Positions 59,901 through 64,000 of a stretch of DNA of 64,000 bases are shown here, in pieces. The translations under genes and the position numbers were made by a program. Where the stretch lies: the NCBI GenBank assembly GCA_048772705.1, contig JBLWGC010000202.1, forward strand, positions 186,001 to 250,000, read 5' to 3'. The notes below the pieces were generated by a model, which was not told the DNA's origin, made no database searches, and saw only the letters and a list, made by a program, of their open reading frames with translations. The DNA comes from Leidyana gryllorum EB-2025a. Lineage: Eukaryota > Protista > Apicomplexa. The stretch's first letter is position 1, and the number at the start of each line of letters is the position of its first letter.

Positions 59901-62900
59901 AGCCACTTGTGTGGGAGCCGTGATTCCGGGCTCCTTGCTTCCCAGAGTGTCATCGTAGCCAGGCACACGTCCGTCAAAGTCTGCGTTGTCACGCGGAGGT
60001 TTCTCCATTTGACAGCCGCGGATCACAGATTCCCAGCGCGCCAAGTCAGCCGGCCACAAACGGAAGGTCAAAGGCCAAGTGTACAGCTTATCGTTGCCCT
60101 GCTGCTGCTGCTCATACCACATCTCGCGTGGGAGAAGGTTATCGGGATTCGAGGCGTCTTGGGTGAATCCCAACATGATACGGCGCTCTTCTCCGCGAGG
60201 GATAAAGTTGTTATCGAAAGCATCGTCGTGGACTCGCTTCACATAGGTATCGTGAACAACAGGAGCGTCGGTATTACGACGGAAGACCAGCTTCCCAGTC
60301 ATCGTGTCGCCAAAGTCGCAGCCGTACTCTTCCTCGGGAATAGCCGCAATGTCTTCCATACAGAATATGGCCTCGAAACAACGCAGAGGAATGTACCATC
60401 CCACCACACGATTCCATGGGTCGCACTTATCATCCAATCCACTCTCCACCCGGTCAGACGGCAACATTATTTTGATACCAGTGCCCGTCAACTTGAGGAA
60501 ACAAATCTCCCAACGCCTCATGTTCGGACTCGGCCGACCGGTAGTGCTGTCCACGCCCCAAACTCGGACCAATGCCAGCATTGATCCAAGTGGATCTGGA
60601 CGCCAAATCGGATTCACGCCGCGCACCTCACGACTACTCACTACATAGTGCAGGGCGGTTTGTGTACGACCACGTGGCAAGTTCTCCGGCTTGTAAGCCA
60701 CATACTTGAGAACCCGCATAATCTGAGCGTGAGTGAACTCGAAACACGTCAGATCGCCGTGCGACCGGATCTGAGATTCAGCTCCCTCTTCCTTGATGAG
60801 CCAGTCGCCCAGCTGACGTTCCCATTGATGGAACTGAGCCTCCCACTTGGAGGTTTTGCTAATCATCTTCTCCTGAACTATCATCGGATACACAAAGTTC
60901 GGCAGCGTCGCCTCGTACGGGGCCTTCAGCTGACGAACCACAGCAATCGCCGCATTGATGTCTTCAATTGAACCCTCTTCGCTCTGTTGAAGAGCGTCCA
61001 AGTTGGCCTGCGCCTCGTACAGCTGCAGATCCTTGTAGGCACTGGCCCAAATCTTGTACTCGTTCTGCACGCGGGTGATGGCTCCCATCAGGCGATCCAA
61101 ACGGGCGCTCAGAAGAGACTTGAGTGATGGCTCAGCGGCAGATACCAAATGCAGGTACGGACGCACTCGGGGGTTCTGTGTGTCTCGGAGGGGATCCAAA
61201 TAACACGCGTGTGCATCCAACATATCCGGCAGGCCGCGTGCCTTCCAGAAGGCAATGTATTCAGCGGGGGTTATTATACGGTACCAGAGGTCCGACAGGG
61301 CAGAGTTCTCGGTACGCAACTGTGTTGCCATGGCGAGGTACTCCTGTTTACGGGCACTCAACTTGTAGACCGCCTCCTCAAAGTCGGGCTCAACACGCCA
61401 TTTACGACTGATTGGGTCAACACACTGCACAAGGGTGCATGGAATGCGTTCGATGGAGCCAACAAGGTGAGGTGAGCGCATATCATCTCCCCAAATGGTG
61501 TCCATCTCGCCGAGGACCACTCCCATCTTCTGTGTCAGGAAACCGCTGCTGCCGGGGAGATCCAATCCACTGAGTAGGAACTCGTAGGCATTGGTCTGTC
61601 TCGGATCAATGTCGATGGTAATAGTTTTGTCAGAGTCGCGGATGACACACCAGGCAGCACTGTCGAGATCAGTGATCTCTTCGCCAGGGTTCGGGAGGAA
61701 TCGAATCTCGCCTCTGGTGGAAGGAGGTTCGTTAGTGGTGGCGTGAATGAGTCCGCCACGAGGTTTGATCTTCCAGACAACACGGTATGGATCGTCGCCA
61801 TGCAAAAGAGCATATTGAGTACGAATGATCATATATCGGTTCTCGGTGTCCCAAACGACGTGGTGTCTGGCAGGATCGTGGCGTTCTTCGTGTCCCTCTG
61901 GATTGATAATGCTCATCTCTTCCTGCAGGTCGGGGGCACAGCCGACTGGAACCTTAACAACGAGACGGCCTGGGTCACGGCAGACGGTCTCTGCTTCCCA
62001 GCGGCCGGTGAGATGGCCACTGCTTTCTTGCGAATGGTCTTCATAGGTGTATGTGTCATCGATAGGGGGTGCTTTGAATGTGAGTTTGATATTATAGGTA
62101 CGTCCAGGCAGGATTCCGGGTCCTCTAATTCGTACTAGTTGGTCGACCTTATCGACCTTGATGACATAGCCGTGTCCCGGAAGGCCTCTCTTGATGACTC
62201 CAGGGGGCGGAACTAATTTGGGGTCGGTGAAGAGAGTGAGATAGCTGTCATCGCGCCAGTCATGACGGACTCTGGGTTGGTACCGTAGGGTGTTGTGGTT
62301 GACAATCTGGATTGTGCAGGCGACTCTGCTGTCTTGGCTGTGTTTGGAGGCTCCGAACTGGGCCATTGGGAGCGCTATGGGCATAGTTCTGTCCAGTTCA
62401 GGTCTGAAGACCGCGATGGTGCCGGCAGTGAAGAGGGTCTTTTGCATTCCGTATCGGGGTTGCGTGAGTGGATCATTCTCGTAGAACATTTTGCGTTGAA
62501 TTGACTTGGGAACGACGCAGTCTCCGGACATATGGACTCCAATCTCATTGGATATGACGGAGATCTCGCGACAGTTGAAGTCGCGAACGGTTTCAGACTG
62601 GAATCCTGGGTAGAGGAAAGAGACTGTGACGTCGCGCTGAGTCAAAGCCGCAATGGTTTGTCGGCCGTAGAAGGCAAGTCTATCCGCCAGTGAGGGGAAA
62701 TCGCGGAGGAGATCCACTGTCAATATCAATGAGCTTCGCGTGAACATATAGCATTCGTAGAAACACTTTTGGCATTGACTCCACATCAATTTGGCCGACT
62801 CCCAGTTCAAGAAACACACACCGACAGTTGCCAGAATGAAAGAAGAGATCGAAGCAAAGTCATTTCCCAGAAGCCCAACACTGCTTCGACCGCCCATCAT

Positions 62901-64000
62901 CAACAGGAAACAAATCGTAAACTTCACCGTCTCTGTCAATGCTGGTCCCGTGGCAAAGTGGAACATTGCGTGTGCCGTGCGCGTCTTCCAAAAGTTGTGG
63001 TACTTGAGGTCCTCCCACTTCTCGAACAGCAGCCCATACATAGCATAGAGGGGATGCGAGAACTTTTGGTTATTCTTCAGCTCACGCAGTCTCAGGTAAT
63101 GCTCACGGGCTCGCTGGTCCTTGAAGGGCCACACACTGAACCGCTTCTCTTCCTCGTTCCGGTACTTATTTGCCTTCTCCTCCAGACGGTAGTCCGCCTC
63201 CATTTGAGCGAACCAAGATGCCAGACTCGAGTTCATCACGCCGCTCAGAGTGCAAAAGATCGCCAGACCTCCAGCAGCCACTCCCAAAAGCATCAGAGAC
63301 CGCACGCCAGACACGTCGCTCGTCATAAACGACAGCAACAATATCAACACCACCAACAGAGTGCGGTCAATGGCCCAGTACCCCAGATTGCCCATCTGAG
63401 CTTTGCTGATGAGATTGGATAACGCGTCAGCGTACACCAACGTCAAGTTTTCGCGGGGCACTATGATTGTCATTTGTCGACTCGCAGCCAAATGAGCCCA
63501 GTGTTTCAACAGAATCTCACAGTTGACTTCGCACAACTCTCCATACGCATTCCGGATCGGTTGCTTCGAATACGAGATGAACGCGTCCGGGTATCGGGTT
63601 GACACCTGGTAGTTCCCGTTCATCCCGAGATACTCGGGAGGTCCGACCTTCACAGCGTCGAGGGCCTTGTAGTACTTGAGAGACGCAGGCAAACTGCCGC
63701 GGAGCAGCGGTTCCTCCATCTCGCCTCCTTCATTGCCGGATCCGCCCTTGGCAGCCACCGGAACCGCCCGAGGTGTTTTGTAGGCACCAAAGACGCGCTG
63801 GTTGTCATATTCGTTCCAGGGAGCATTGGTGCGTCGCTCGTCCTCCAAAGCCGGCAGGTTGTTGCCTTCTCCATCGGTCGCTTGGCCTTCGAGCACGTCG
63901 GTGATCTCAATGTCGAAGAGACGGCCAAACAGAGGAAGCCATGGCAAAGGACGCCAGAAAGCCTTGAAGCTCGAGATCCGAGGGTCGCTGTACCGCTGGA
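56935..64000 (-). CDS. Giant membrane protein with TM segments, PH-like region, MORN repeats and C-terminal C2 domain (5' end outside window)
   Basis: Frame is open to the window end; hydrophobic helices; many YxGxFxxGxxHGxG repeats; after intron ~57839-57966 a C2 domain (LRIRYAKDL...GANPVWNQ...FTVCD). Confidence 0.85.

Noticed and set aside
1-64000. Prokaryotic systems (CRISPR array, prophage, IS element, defence island)
   Set aside because: No repeat-spacer arrays or transposase/integrase motifs; spliceosomal introns occur throughout.

Overview
Eukaryotic, extremely gene-dense genomic DNA with short (mostly 41-60 nt) GT-AG introns and intergenic gaps of 15-70 nt. The gene repertoire (ApiAT-type transporter, MORN+SAM tyrosine-kinase-like kinase) and compaction suggest an apicomplexan, probably a gregarine; this is inference. 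About 27 protein genes plus tRNA-Gln(CUG): DHHC palmitoyltransferase (partial), UFD2, a secreted protein, SF3B6, RIO2, an OSCA/TMEM63 channel, a small secreted peptide missed by the ORF track, TSR1, a catalytically dead PI-PLC, a rearranged tandem cluster of acyltransferase-3 (AT3/OafA-like) genes with a locally inverted upstream element, PDIA6-like, RPS26, a spliced thioester-reductase-like/sulfotransferase fusion gene, a CDK, WD40 (Sqt1/AAMP-like), U1A/U2B'', BRCT-like, SR-like RRM, Mrc1/Claspin-like, CCCH zinc finger, macrodomain, amino-acid transporter, TKL kinase and a giant TM-MORN-C2 protein (partial). The most unusual part is 20.4-32.9 kb, where bacterial-type modifying enzymes (AT3 array; reductase-sulfotransferase fusion) sit among housekeeping genes. 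Gene models were spliced by eye and all family calls rest on motif recognition, not database searches.
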